Part shown: positions 19,476 through 28,208 of the stretch, in pieces
Layout: each line of letters opens with the position of its first letter
How positions within the stretch are numbered: the stretch's first letter is position 1
Origin: a candidate division FCPU426 bacterium
Lineage (GTDB): Bacteria > Oederibacteriota > Muellerivitia > Muellerivitales > Muellerivitaceae
DNA length: 64,000 nt
Reading direction: 5' to 3'
Assembly: GCA_027452205.1 (NCBI GenBank)
Contig: DAIDGV010000015.1
Span: forward strand, 84,171 to 148,170
Made by a program: the position numbers and the translations under genes
The notes under the pieces: model-generated
What the model was told of the DNA's origin: nothing
Database searches by the model: none
What the model saw: only the letters and a program-made list of their open reading frames with translations

Positions 19476-20341
19476 AGCCAAAGGGTTGCTCCTACGACGC
19501 AAAAATAGATAACGGATATCCATCCGTTCAAAGCCATCATTTGCGGGGAAAGAGTGAACTGATAGCTTTTGCCGGTCTTTTCCAAGGAATAAGCCTTGAG
19601 ATGTTGGAAGATCAAGGCCGCGGCAACCAGCGCTAAACCCGCGAAATAGCCTCCGCGAAAGCCCGCTTGAACCCCAAAACCAGCGAGGAATCCTAACATA
19701 CAGGCATGGAAGAATCGAGAGGCATACAAGCTGGCCGGGACACCCCAACGCACTACCCACGATTGAAGGCCCGCTTTTTTGTCAAAAGCCTCGTCTTGGG
19801 TCGCGTACAAAATATCAAAACCCGCTAAAAAGCAAATGACCGCGCCCGTCAACCAAAAGGGTGTCACCGAAAGCTCTCCGGTGGCCGCCACCCAAGCCCC
19901 AACCGGAGCGACCCCCAAGGCCAATCCCAGGAATAGATGGGATGTCCAAGTGAACCGTTTGGTATGGGAATAAAAGAAAAGAATGGCCAAAGCCAGAGGG
20001 GCAAGTTTAAAAGCTAAAGCGTTTAGCGGGTAACAAGCCAATACAAATCCAAATCCACAAAGGACCGTTAAGAGCGCGACTTGAGTCCGGCTGATCCGCC
20101 CCGCCGGAATATCCCGTTTGGCTGTTCGGGGGTTCTTGGCATCCACATCCGCGTCCACCAACCGGTTATAGGCCATCGCCGCCGTACGGGCCAAGACCAT
20201 GCACACAACTACCCAAAAGAGAACATGAAGAGAAGGTTTTCCCCGGGTCGCGGTCAGAAGACTTGCCAAAGCGAACGGAAGCGCGAAGACCGAATGGGGT
20301 AACACCACCAAATTGGAAATGACTTGGAGCTTTTTAAACAT
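19472..20341 (-). CDS. UbiA-family aromatic prenyltransferase (menaquinone pathway, MqnP-like)
   Basis: 289 aa from the ATG at 20341. Polytopic. NRLVDADVD Asp-rich motif. Confidence 0.85.
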   Translation of the reverse strand: MFKKLQVISNLVVLPHSVFALPFALASLLTATRGKPSLHVLFWVVVCMVLARTAAMAYNRLVDADVDAKNPRTAKRDIPAGRISRTQVALLTVLCGFGFVLACYPLNALAFKLAPLALAILFFYSHTKRFTWTSHLFLGLALGVAPVGAWVAATGELSVTPFWLTGAVICFLAGFDILYATQDEAFDKKAGLQSWVVRWGVPASLYASRFFHACMLGFLAGFGVQAGFRGGYFAGLALVAAALIFQHLKAYSLEKTGKSYQFTLSPQMMALNGWISVIYFCVVGATLWL

Positions 20342-20912
20342 TCTTGTGTTTGATTTCCTTCGCTTCTTCGGCACGCCATCGATTCGAGACTTCCGCTTCG
20401 ACCCCTGCGTGGTCATAGACCCGGGCCACGACCGTATCGACCAGTTCTTCGATGGTCTTGGGATTGCCATAAAAACTGGGTGTCGCTGGGATGATGTGGG
20501 CTCCGGCCAAGGTCAGCAATTCCATGTTCTTGATCTGGATGAGGGACAAAGGCGTTTCCCGGGGCACCAGGATCAGCTTACGGCTCTCTTTAAGGAACAC
20601 TTCCCCAGCGCGGGTGATGAGGTTATCGGCAATACCGTGGGCCATCTTGCCCAAAGTAGCGGTGGAGCAAGGGATAACTACCATGGCCTCGAACTTGTTC
20701 GAGCCGCTGGCTACCGGAGCGGTCAGATCTTTTTCGTCCCATTCTTTGACGTGGGGCGGCAGGTTCAGCCCACCTTCATGGGAAGCTACGATCTGGGCGG
20801 ATTTGGAAACGGCCGCGTGCACTTCCCAATCGTCATACGGAAAGTGTTGGAAGAACCGGCGGGCATAAATGGTTCCCGACGCCCCCGTGACCGCGACAAA
20901 GATCTTCTTCAT
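20334..20912 (-). CDS. ubiX: Flavin prenyltransferase UbiX
   Basis: 192 aa. MKKIFVAVTGASG N-terminus. UbiX-like throughout. Confidence 0.9.
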   Translation of the reverse strand: MKKIFVAVTGASGTIYARRFFQHFPYDDWEVHAAVSKSAQIVASHEGGLNLPPHVKEWDEKDLTAPVASGSNKFEAMVVIPCSTATLGKMAHGIADNLITRAGEVFLKESRKLILVPRETPLSLIQIKNMELLTLAGAHIIPATPSFYGNPKTIEELVDTVVARVYDHAGVEAEVSNRWRAEEAKEIKHKNV

Positions 20913-20921
20913 GTAAATCCT

Positions 20922-21611
20922 TTACTTACGAACAGCGACCACGCTATGGGCCACACCCATGGTGCGGCTTTCAATATGAACATCCTTGAAGCCATTCTTT
21001 TCCAAAAGTTGTTTGAATTCCTTCACGCTGACAAAGCCCTTGGCTGAATCCCTCAAGTAATTGTAGGCATCCTTGTCCTTAGAAATTGCCCCGCCCCGCA
21101 TGGGCATAATGGCATTCACATAGACCACGTAAGAAAGCCCAGCCAAGAGGCCTGTGGGTTTGAAGAACTCCAGAACGACCGCTTTCCCTCCTGGGCGCAG
21201 CATACGGGCCATTTCCTTCACGCCCTTTTCGAGCGAATCCAGATTGCGCATCCCGAAACCGCAAACCACCGTATCGAAGGTCATGTCCGGAAAAGGCAGT
21301 TTCAAAGCGTCCGATTCCACATAAGCAAGGCCCGTTTGAGCTCCGCCCTTGTTCTTGGCCAAAACCAGCATGGGCTTGGAAAAATCAGCAAGAACCACTT
21401 GGGCGTTAGGGGCTTTTTCCTTCACCACTAGGGCAAAATCACCGGTGCCGGCACAAAGGTCCAATACCTTCGAAGGCACGAAGCCATCCTTCATCATTTG
21501 AGCAACCGAGCTTTTGCGCCAGGAAATGTCTTGGTTGAAAGACAGGCTGTGGTTGGCCTCGTCATAGGTCCCGGCGATGCGTCCGAACATGCTTTGGATC
21601 TTCTGGCTCAT
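20922..21611 (-). CDS. ubiE: Demethylmenaquinone/ubiquinone methyltransferase
   Basis: 229 aa. F(G)RIAGTYDEANHSLSF start and the SAM motif VLDLCAGTGD. Confidence 0.9.
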   Translation of the reverse strand: MSQKIQSMFGRIAGTYDEANHSLSFNQDISWRKSSVAQMMKDGFVPSKVLDLCAGTGDFALVVKEKAPNAQVVLADFSKPMLVLAKNKGGAQTGLAYVESDALKLPFPDMTFDTVVCGFGMRNLDSLEKGVKEMARMLRPGGKAVVLEFFKPTGLLAGLSYVVYVNAIMPMRGGAISKDKDAYNYLRDSAKGFVSVKEFKQLLEKNGFKDVHIESRTMGVAHSVVAVRK

Positions 21612-21633
21612 TTCAATTCCTTTAATGGGTTGT

Positions 21634-23082
21634 TCAAAGAAGGCCGTATTTTTTCAGGATAGGCATTACTTTGTCTTCGACCTTTGGGTCCATGGTCAGT
21701 TCATCGGGCCAATCCCGATTGAAACCCTCTTCTTTCCATTTTTTGGTCGCGTCGATACCGATCTTGCCGCCCCAGCCCCACATGGGCGAGGTATGGTCGA
21801 GAACATCAAGCGGGCCTTCGGAAATGAGAACATCCCGTTTGGCGTCCATGCAATTGCCTACCCGCCAAAGGACTTGACCGTAATCGTGGACATTGGTGTC
21901 TTTATCCACCACGATCAGGATCTTGTTGAGCATCATCTGCCCCAGGCCCCAAAGGGCGAACATGACCTTACGGGCATGCATGGGATATTGTTTGTCGATG
22001 GAAACAATGGCCAGGTTGTGGAACACGCCCTCGACCGGCAACTCCACGTCCACGATCTCCGGCAGCACCTTTTGCATCAGAGGCAGGAACAACCTTTCGG
22101 TGGCTTTGCCCAAATAGCCGTCTTCCATGGGGGGCTTGCCCACAATGGTGGTCATATAGATAGGGTTCTTGCGACGGGTAATACAGGTGATATGGAACAC
22201 CGGATATTGGTCCGCCAGGCTGTAGTAACCCGTATGGTCCCCAAAGGGACCTTCGGTGCGGCGCTCGCCCGGTTCCACATAACCTTCCAGAACGAAATCC
22301 GCGTCCGCATGGACCATCAGGTCCACTGTCTTACACTTCACCAGTTCGACCGGTTTTTTGCGAAGGAACCCGGCGAACAAAAGTTCATCAATACCTTCCG
22401 GCAAAGGGGCTGTGGCCGCATAGGTCAAACAGGGATCGCCGCCCAAAGCCACCGCCAACTCCAAACGTTTGCCCGCTTTTTCGGCTTTACGGTAATGCCC
22501 AGCGCCTCCGTGGTGAACTTGCCAATGCATCCCGGTGGTTTGACCGTCATAGACCTGCATGCGATACATCCCGATATTGCGGATCTCCGATTCCGGGTCC
22601 TTGGTATAGACCAGGGGGAAGGTAATGAAGCGTCCGCCATCGTCGGGCCAGCATTTGAGGATCGGCAATGTGGTCAAGTCCGGCTTGGTCTCCACCACTT
22701 CCTGGCAGGCGCCTTTGGAAACTTCCACCGGCGGGAACTTGGCCACCTCGGCCAGTTTGGGCAAGAACTTCAGTTTATCCACAAAGCCCTTGGGCGGTTT
22801 GAGCTCTAAGAGTTCTTTGATCTCGGCGGCGTGCTCTTCCAGGTTTTCTACACCCAACGCCCAACTCATGCGTTGGTAAGACCCAAAAGCATTGATCAGA
22901 AGAGGAAAAGAACTGCCCTTAGGCTTTTCGAACAGCAGGGCTTTGCCGCCCTGGGGGGATTTGGAAACCTTATCGACGATGGCTGTTACTTCCAGGACCG
23001 GGTCTACCTCATCGGTGATCCGAATCAATTGGCCTTTTTTTTCAAGGAATTCGACGAATTCAGTTAGTGAGGAATAAGCCAT
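21634..23082 (-). CDS. UbiD-family (prFMN-dependent) decarboxylase, menaquinone-associated
   Basis: 482 aa. UbiD-like throughout. First gene of the cluster. Confidence 0.9.
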   Translation of the reverse strand: MAYSSLTEFVEFLEKKGQLIRITDEVDPVLEVTAIVDKVSKSPQGGKALLFEKPKGSSFPLLINAFGSYQRMSWALGVENLEEHAAEIKELLELKPPKGFVDKLKFLPKLAEVAKFPPVEVSKGACQEVVETKPDLTTLPILKCWPDDGGRFITFPLVYTKDPESEIRNIGMYRMQVYDGQTTGMHWQVHHGGAGHYRKAEKAGKRLELAVALGGDPCLTYAATAPLPEGIDELLFAGFLRKKPVELVKCKTVDLMVHADADFVLEGYVEPGERRTEGPFGDHTGYYSLADQYPVFHITCITRRKNPIYMTTIVGKPPMEDGYLGKATERLFLPLMQKVLPEIVDVELPVEGVFHNLAIVSIDKQYPMHARKVMFALWGLGQMMLNKILIVVDKDTNVHDYGQVLWRVGNCMDAKRDVLISEGPLDVLDHTSPMWGWGGKIGIDATKKWKEEGFNRDWPDELTMDPKVEDKVMPILKKYGLL

Positions 23083-23115
23083 AAACCTTCCCTATGGGGG
23101 GTATGAAGAGCGGTC

Positions 23116-23144
23116 ATTCTACGACAGCCCTCTATGGGGAACAA
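23116..23144 (-). promoter_or_regulatory. Candidate promoter of the menaquinone operon
   Basis: TTGTTC (23144..23139), 17-nt spacer, TAGAAT (23121..23116). Confidence 0.35.
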
Positions 23145-23235
23145 CCTCGTTCAGAGGAAGAGCGGGGACAAAATCCCTATAAAACATCCCTTTTAGCCTT
23201 CGTGAGGGGATTCAATTTGTAGGTTCCGGGAATCA

Positions 23236-23898
23236 CTAAAGACTGTTCAGCCAGGACCGCCGGGTTAGATAAAAGCGGATGAAGGCCACGATACTGGTCA
23301 CCACCAAAGGAAAGATCGCGTGGGACGCGTATAAGTAGGTCTCCGAGCAGGACAAGATGATCATGAACAACTCAAATAAGAACACCCCGATCATCCGCAC
23401 ATAGGCCCACATGCGCCGCTGCTGCGTTTGATAGGTCCAGACCCTCTCCGCCTCCAAAGGCATCGAGATCATGCTATTGAGCAGCCAAACCACCATGACC
23501 AGGATGAGTACATGGTAGATACCGAGAGGAAAATCCTTCGGGACAAAATTGATGTAGATACGGTGCGCTTCGGGCAGGTAGTTGGGCAGGATGTAGGTAA
23601 AGGCGATCAAAGGCAGGAAAAAGACCAACGCCCGCCACTGGGTGAACCAAAAGAGCTTTTTCCGTTCCACCGGCAGGGCCAGTAGATAGCTCCGGCTCAT
23701 CACATGCTGGCTGCGCCATTTCGCGCCGGTCAGTTCCCCCATAGGCTGCATGGCGAAGAGCAAATAAACGTAAAGCAGACCCAAGTAGACCAGATGGTTG
23801 TATGAAAAAAAGAGCAACGAAAAGACCGTCGTGGCGGCCAAGATGGCCCAGGCCACGGTGTGTGAAAGAAAATCCCTTTTGATGAAATGCCAGATCAT
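23236..23898 (-). CDS. Polytopic membrane protein, likely partner of the adjacent ABC ATPase
   Basis: 220 aa from the ATG at 23898, which overlaps the ATPase stop as ATGA. About 6 hydrophobic segments. Confidence 0.65.
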   Translation of the reverse strand: MIWHFIKRDFLSHTVAWAILAATTVFSLLFFSYNHLVYLGLLYVYLLFAMQPMGELTGAKWRSQHVMSRSYLLALPVERKKLFWFTQWRALVFFLPLIAFTYILPNYLPEAHRIYINFVPKDFPLGIYHVLILVMVVWLLNSMISMPLEAERVWTYQTQQRRMWAYVRMIGVFLFELFMIILSCSETYLYASHAIFPLVVTSIVAFIRFYLTRRSWLNSL

Positions 23899-24617
23899 AG
23901 GTCTTCCTCCAAAAGGTCCGCGACCTTTTGCGAGAACACTGTGGGTTCGGCGCCCTTCAGGAAATCCGCCAGGGGTTCGAAAGTCCGGATCTGTCCGTGG
24001 CGAAGGAGCATCACATGGGTGATGTTGGTTGCCAGGTCTTCCAAGATATTGGTGGCCAGCACGATGGTACATCCAGTGGTCCGGTTCAGTTCCTTGAGCA
24101 AGGTCATGAAATGCCGCCGGCCCACGATATCCAGGACCGCGGTGATCTCGTCCACCACGATCAACTCGGGCTCGATGCTCAAGGCCGCCACGATCTGCAC
24201 CCGCCGGATCTCTCCCGCCGACATGTTCCCCAACCGATCCGAACGGTTCACCCGGAAAAGCTTCAAGTATTTGGCTTCGATCTCATGGGAATAATGGCCG
24301 TAGAAGTACTCGTTGAACCGAAGGAACTCGTCCGCCGTCCAGTCGCCCGGGATATCGACCTTTTCCGAAAGATAGGCGATCTCTTGCCGGCTATGCCAAT
24401 TGTCCTGGTACGGCTTGGCGTTCTGAACTTTCAAAAGGCCTTGAGTGGGTCTGCGGAAACCCATGATCATGTCCAACAGGGTGGTCTTTCCCGCGCCATT
24501 CTCGCCCAGTACCGCCACAAAATCGCCCGGGGCGATCCGAAATGTCATCTCGTTCAGGACCTTCTTACCCCGTGGCAATTGATAGCTGAGATTTTGGATA
24601 TCGATGTTCAAACCCAT
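23895..24617 (-). CDS. ABC transporter ATP-binding protein with a diverged signature motif and H-loop
   Basis: Walker A GENGAGKT and Walker B LIVVDE. The signature is MSAGE instead of LSGGQ. ATN occupies the place where the H-loop His is expected. Confidence 0.85.
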   Translation of the reverse strand: MGLNIDIQNLSYQLPRGKKVLNEMTFRIAPGDFVAVLGENGAGKTTLLDMIMGFRRPTQGLLKVQNAKPYQDNWHSRQEIAYLSEKVDIPGDWTADEFLRFNEYFYGHYSHEIEAKYLKLFRVNRSDRLGNMSAGEIRRVQIVAALSIEPELIVVDEITAVLDIVGRRHFMTLLKELNRTTGCTIVLATNILEDLATNITHVMLLRHGQIRTFEPLADFLKGAEPTVFSQKVADLLEEDL

Positions 24618-24826
24618 TAATCACCAGACCCATTTTAATCTAAATACAGGGTTTACTCTAAGAACACCGCCCTTGGAATAGAAGGGGGATAAAAACGATA
24701 GGCCCTTCCCGGGCAATCGTTACCCCGCCTAATGATGGAAAAACCAGGGTCTTACATCGAGACGCTTCGCTCCGCAAAACCGGGGTGTTATATTAAAAAC
24801 CTACCTAATCCATTAAAGAAGGCGAT

Positions 24827-26509
24827 ATGGATAACCCCGCCAACCTCGATAAAGCCAAAACGCTCAAAGCGGCCCAAATGTTCTTTCGTGAAGGCGAATG
24901 GGACAAGGCCTTGACGGAATACGGAAGATTGCTGGCCATCGACCGGAATGACCCGGACAGCCTGGCCGCCGTAGCCGACACTTACGCCAAAAAGAAATCC
25001 TTTCAACTGGCCTTCGAATTCTATTTCAAGGCCGTTCCCCAGTACTTGGTCCAAAACCGTTTGGACGGAGCCATCCAATCCTACAAAAAGATATCCAAGT
25101 TGGATCTTTCCAAACTCTCCAGCGATGTCCGCATGGATATGAATATTTATATAAGGTATGTCGAAATCGACGAAGCGATCCGGGATAAACGATACGAGTT
25201 TGCCATCGCTCCCCTCTCGAAGCTTTCAAAACTACGGCCTCAAGACCCCATGATCCCCGCCCTCCTGAAAGCCATCAGACTCCAGATCGACCAGATCGCC
25301 CCTTCGGTCCAGCGTTATCAAACCCTCGGCGACACCTTCATGCGGAACGACTTCTCGGACAGAGCTTGGGACATGTACCGGAAAGCCGCCGACATGGACC
25401 CCCAAACCCTCTCGACCTTGCCCGAGTTAGCCACGACCTTCGTCAAACAAAACCATCCAAACGAGGCCAAGAAAGCCTATTTATATTTGGCCGAACAGAG
25501 CTTGGCCAAAGCGGACCTGGGTAAGGCGATCGAATATTCCCAAAAGGCCATCGAACTGAAAAGTTTAGAGGCGGGATATATCTTGGGGCTGGCCCATTTC
25601 CAAAAGCGAAATTGGCTCGATGCCAAGACCGAATTCGAGAAACTTCTGCGCATAAAGGTCAACCATCTAGGAGCCCTGACCCATTTAGCGAGAACGTTCG
25701 TTTTTTTATCCCAACCGGAGAAAGCCAAAGAGACTTTCCAAAAAGCTTTCAAGATCGACGAGAACAATCCCATGGTCCAGGAAGCTTGGGTGGATTTCTG
25801 CCTACAAGGGCCTGATAAGGAAGCGGCCATTCCCCAGTTGGCTTTTTTATTGGAAAAGGTCGTCACCGAGCACAACGCTCAGAAGATCCTTGAATACTCG
25901 AAAATCATGATCCAGATCAGGCCGGATCTCGTTTCCGCCCGGGTCAAATTGATCCAGGCCCTTCAAGCCTTGGGAGACCTTCAAGGTGCCGCGGATGCTT
26001 GCCGTTCCTTGGCCCTCGTCTATGAACAACAGGGCCTTTTGAATGAGTCGGCCGAATACTTGGCCAAAGCCGATCAGTTGGACCCCGATCATCAAATGGC
26101 CACCAAACCAGCCTCCCCACCACCTTCACCATCGGTTTCAGAACAGCCTCCCCCGGTCACATTACCGACCATTCCAGACATCCCCTTGATCCAGGAATCC
26201 GAGCCCATTGTCGACGAGGAAGAACCCGCCCCCGAACCATCAGAGCGACCAAAACCAGCTCCTCAACCTGTTGTTGCGGCGCAAGCGCCACCACCGATTG
26301 TTAGCCTACCGCCGGAGCCCATTCCCATTGATGGACTTTCAGCGCAAATGACCACCGCCCAGATATGCGTTAACCAAGGTCTTTTGAGGGCCGCCATCGA
26401 CATCTATCAGCAGATCCTTACGACGAACCCCGACATGCCGGAAGCCCGTCAAAAGCTGGCTGAAGTGAACGCCCTTTACCTTAAAAAATGGATGGAAAAG
26501 AAGAAATAG
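24827..26509 (+). CDS. TPR-repeat protein with a Pro-rich linker and no signal peptide
   Basis: 560 aa. Multiple TPR-like repeats, then a P-rich segment (PASPPPSPSVSEQPPP...), then a terminal TPR-like unit. Confidence 0.8.
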   Translation: MDNPANLDKAKTLKAAQMFFREGEWDKALTEYGRLLAIDRNDPDSLAAVADTYAKKKSFQLAFEFYFKAVPQYLVQNRLDGAIQSYKKISKLDLSKLSSDVRMDMNIYIRYVEIDEAIRDKRYEFAIAPLSKLSKLRPQDPMIPALLKAIRLQIDQIAPSVQRYQTLGDTFMRNDFSDRAWDMYRKAADMDPQTLSTLPELATTFVKQNHPNEAKKAYLYLAEQSLAKADLGKAIEYSQKAIELKSLEAGYILGLAHFQKRNWLDAKTEFEKLLRIKVNHLGALTHLARTFVFLSQPEKAKETFQKAFKIDENNPMVQEAWVDFCLQGPDKEAAIPQLAFLLEKVVTEHNAQKILEYSKIMIQIRPDLVSARVKLIQALQALGDLQGAADACRSLALVYEQQGLLNESAEYLAKADQLDPDHQMATKPASPPPSPSVSEQPPPVTLPTIPDIPLIQESEPIVDEEEPAPEPSERPKPAPQPVVAAQAPPPIVSLPPEPIPIDGLSAQMTTAQICVNQGLLRAAIDIYQQILTTNPDMPEARQKLAEVNALYLKKWMEKKK

Positions 26510-26525
26510 CCGGACCCGGGACCCG

Positions 26526-28208
26526 CTATTGTCCCGGTTTGGTGCTGGGCGGTGTCACCTTGTCGATATTCTCGTTTGCCGTTTTGGCCTTAGGATCGAT
26601 CTTCAAGGCCGCTTGATAACTTTGATAAGCCAAGTCCGGCTCACCCAGGTGATATTGGTAGATGACCCCCAGCAAACAATAGGTCTCCGTGTAATAGAAA
26701 CTGGGCGTGGTCGGGTCATGCGCGTCGATCACCTGACGCAATTTTTTGACCGCCGATTCATAGTGCCCCTTCTCGAAGTCGTCTTCCGCTTCCCAATACT
26801 TCCCTTCGATAGGGGTCGTAGTCGCGTCGATCTCGTGTTTGAGCTTCAACGCCGTTTCGGTGGTCGGATCGATCTTCAAGGCCGCATTGCAGAATTGGTG
26901 GGCCAAGAAGTGGTTCGGAAGGTCGAACTTGTAAACGACACCGATCATGGCGCAGGCCTCGGCGTAGAAGAAGGGCTGTACGGTCGGGTCCTTGAGGACG
27001 ATGGCCTTGAACCAGTTATCCAGGGCCTCGGGATAATTCTTGGCCACATAAGCTTGGATACCGGCCCGGTAATATTCCATGAAAGACTTGGCTGGCACCG
27101 GTGTCGGCGGCGCCTGGACGGGGGTCAAAACCGGCATAGGCGGCGTGGGCGCGATTGTCGGCGCTGGGGAAGGCTTGGGCGTTGGCGTAGGGGTCGCTTC
27201 CGTGCCCAATTGCACGCTCAACTCGATCTGGTTCGTGTTGCCCAGGTCGCCGAGGGTCATGAAAGAATAATCCAACTGCAGGTCACCAAAACGCAATCCC
27301 GCGCCGGCGGTCAGGCCCGTCACCCCGGTCAGGTCCTGGGTATTGATGAAGCGATAACCCGCCCGGATGGCCAAAAGCCCCTTGTACCAATATTCCCCCC
27401 CAAAACCCACATTGGTGAATTGATTGTTGGTCAGGAGCAGGTCCGACTCACTGGCTAAGGTCAGATAATGCTGTTTTGGCTTTGCATCGAACCAGATCTG
27501 GCCCGAGACCGCTGTTTTCAATACCAAAGGCAAAAGTGAATTGTCGATATTGAATCCTAAGTTGGACAGAACTGCCGATAACACCAAGGGGCTTTGGGGC
27601 ATTTGATAAAGGAGACCCGCGTCCAGGGAAGCGGTCTGGTCCGGCTGGCTCTGTTGGATATTGTCGTAAATGAAATGGCCGGTCAACCCGGCGTGCAGGC
27701 CCATTCCCAGGTTCGTGCCAAAGGCCGCGAAGCCGTTCACCGCCATGGGCGTATAGCTACCCGTGGGGACCAGATTTGGACCGACGACGTTATAAGTGGA
27801 GATCGACCCGAAGTTGATGTAATCCCCACCGACAGAAAAGCCCGACCCGCCCTCGGCCAAGGTGAACGCGAAATGATCCAAGGAAAGGTTCTGGATCCAA
27901 AAACTGTGGGAGGCCGTCAAATAGGTCCCACCCAACAATCCAAGTCCCGCCGGGTTCAGGACCGCTTCATCCACCGTGTCCGGTACGGCCCCCATGGCCT
28001 CGGCCATGGCCCCATCTCTGGCGTTGTCCGGGATCCGGAGCCAGCTGGTCCCCATATTGACCGGGGCCGATTGGGCACGAAGCATCGGAACGTTCAAACC
28101 CAGGACGAGGATAAGGAGTAGACAGGCTTGAGACTTTTTCAGTATCAATGGACCTTTCGATATATGACGGCCGATCGCTTGAAAAAGATGATAACAGGCG
28201 TTCCTCAT
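26526..28208 (-). CDS. PorV/PorQ-like outer-membrane beta-barrel fused through a Pro/Thr linker to a C-terminal TPR-like domain
   Basis: The N-terminal WLRIPDNARDGAMAEAMGAVPDTVDEAVLNPAGL resembles the PorV-family motif. Beta-rich to about residue 335, PT linker 336-374, then two TPR-like units each ending ALKIDP. The ATG overlaps the upstream stop as ATGA. A TTG start about 20 codons further in is possible. Confidence 0.65.
   Translation of the reverse strand: MRNACYHLFQAIGRHISKGPLILKKSQACLLLILVLGLNVPMLRAQSAPVNMGTSWLRIPDNARDGAMAEAMGAVPDTVDEAVLNPAGLGLLGGTYLTASHSFWIQNLSLDHFAFTLAEGGSGFSVGGDYINFGSISTYNVVGPNLVPTGSYTPMAVNGFAAFGTNLGMGLHAGLTGHFIYDNIQQSQPDQTASLDAGLLYQMPQSPLVLSAVLSNLGFNIDNSLLPLVLKTAVSGQIWFDAKPKQHYLTLASESDLLLTNNQFTNVGFGGEYWYKGLLAIRAGYRFINTQDLTGVTGLTAGAGLRFGDLQLDYSFMTLGDLGNTNQIELSVQLGTEATPTPTPKPSPAPTIAPTPPMPVLTPVQAPPTPVPAKSFMEYYRAGIQAYVAKNYPEALDNWFKAIVLKDPTVQPFFYAEACAMIGVVYKFDLPNHFLAHQFCNAALKIDPTTETALKLKHEIDATTTPIEGKYWEAEDDFEKGHYESAVKKLRQVIDAHDPTTPSFYYTETYCLLGVIYQYHLGEPDLAYQSYQAALKIDPKAKTANENIDKVTPPSTKPGQ

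Noticed and set aside
18357-19760. The 467-aa version of mqnE, and likewise the extended track ORFs for gatC, asd, rplE, rpsQ, rplO, infA, psd, the ubiA-like gene and the GT-C gene.
   Set aside because: The N-terminal extensions overlap the upstream genes, are Arg/Gly/Ser-rich and lack homology. Internal starts with SD sequences or 4-nt stop/start overlaps give family-typical lengths.
23236-24617. Calling the ABC pair GldA/GldF, the gliding and T9SS-associated transporter.
   Set aside because: The only support is size and proximity to the PorV-like gene. There is no GldG-like gene, and I can verify no diagnostic motif by eye.
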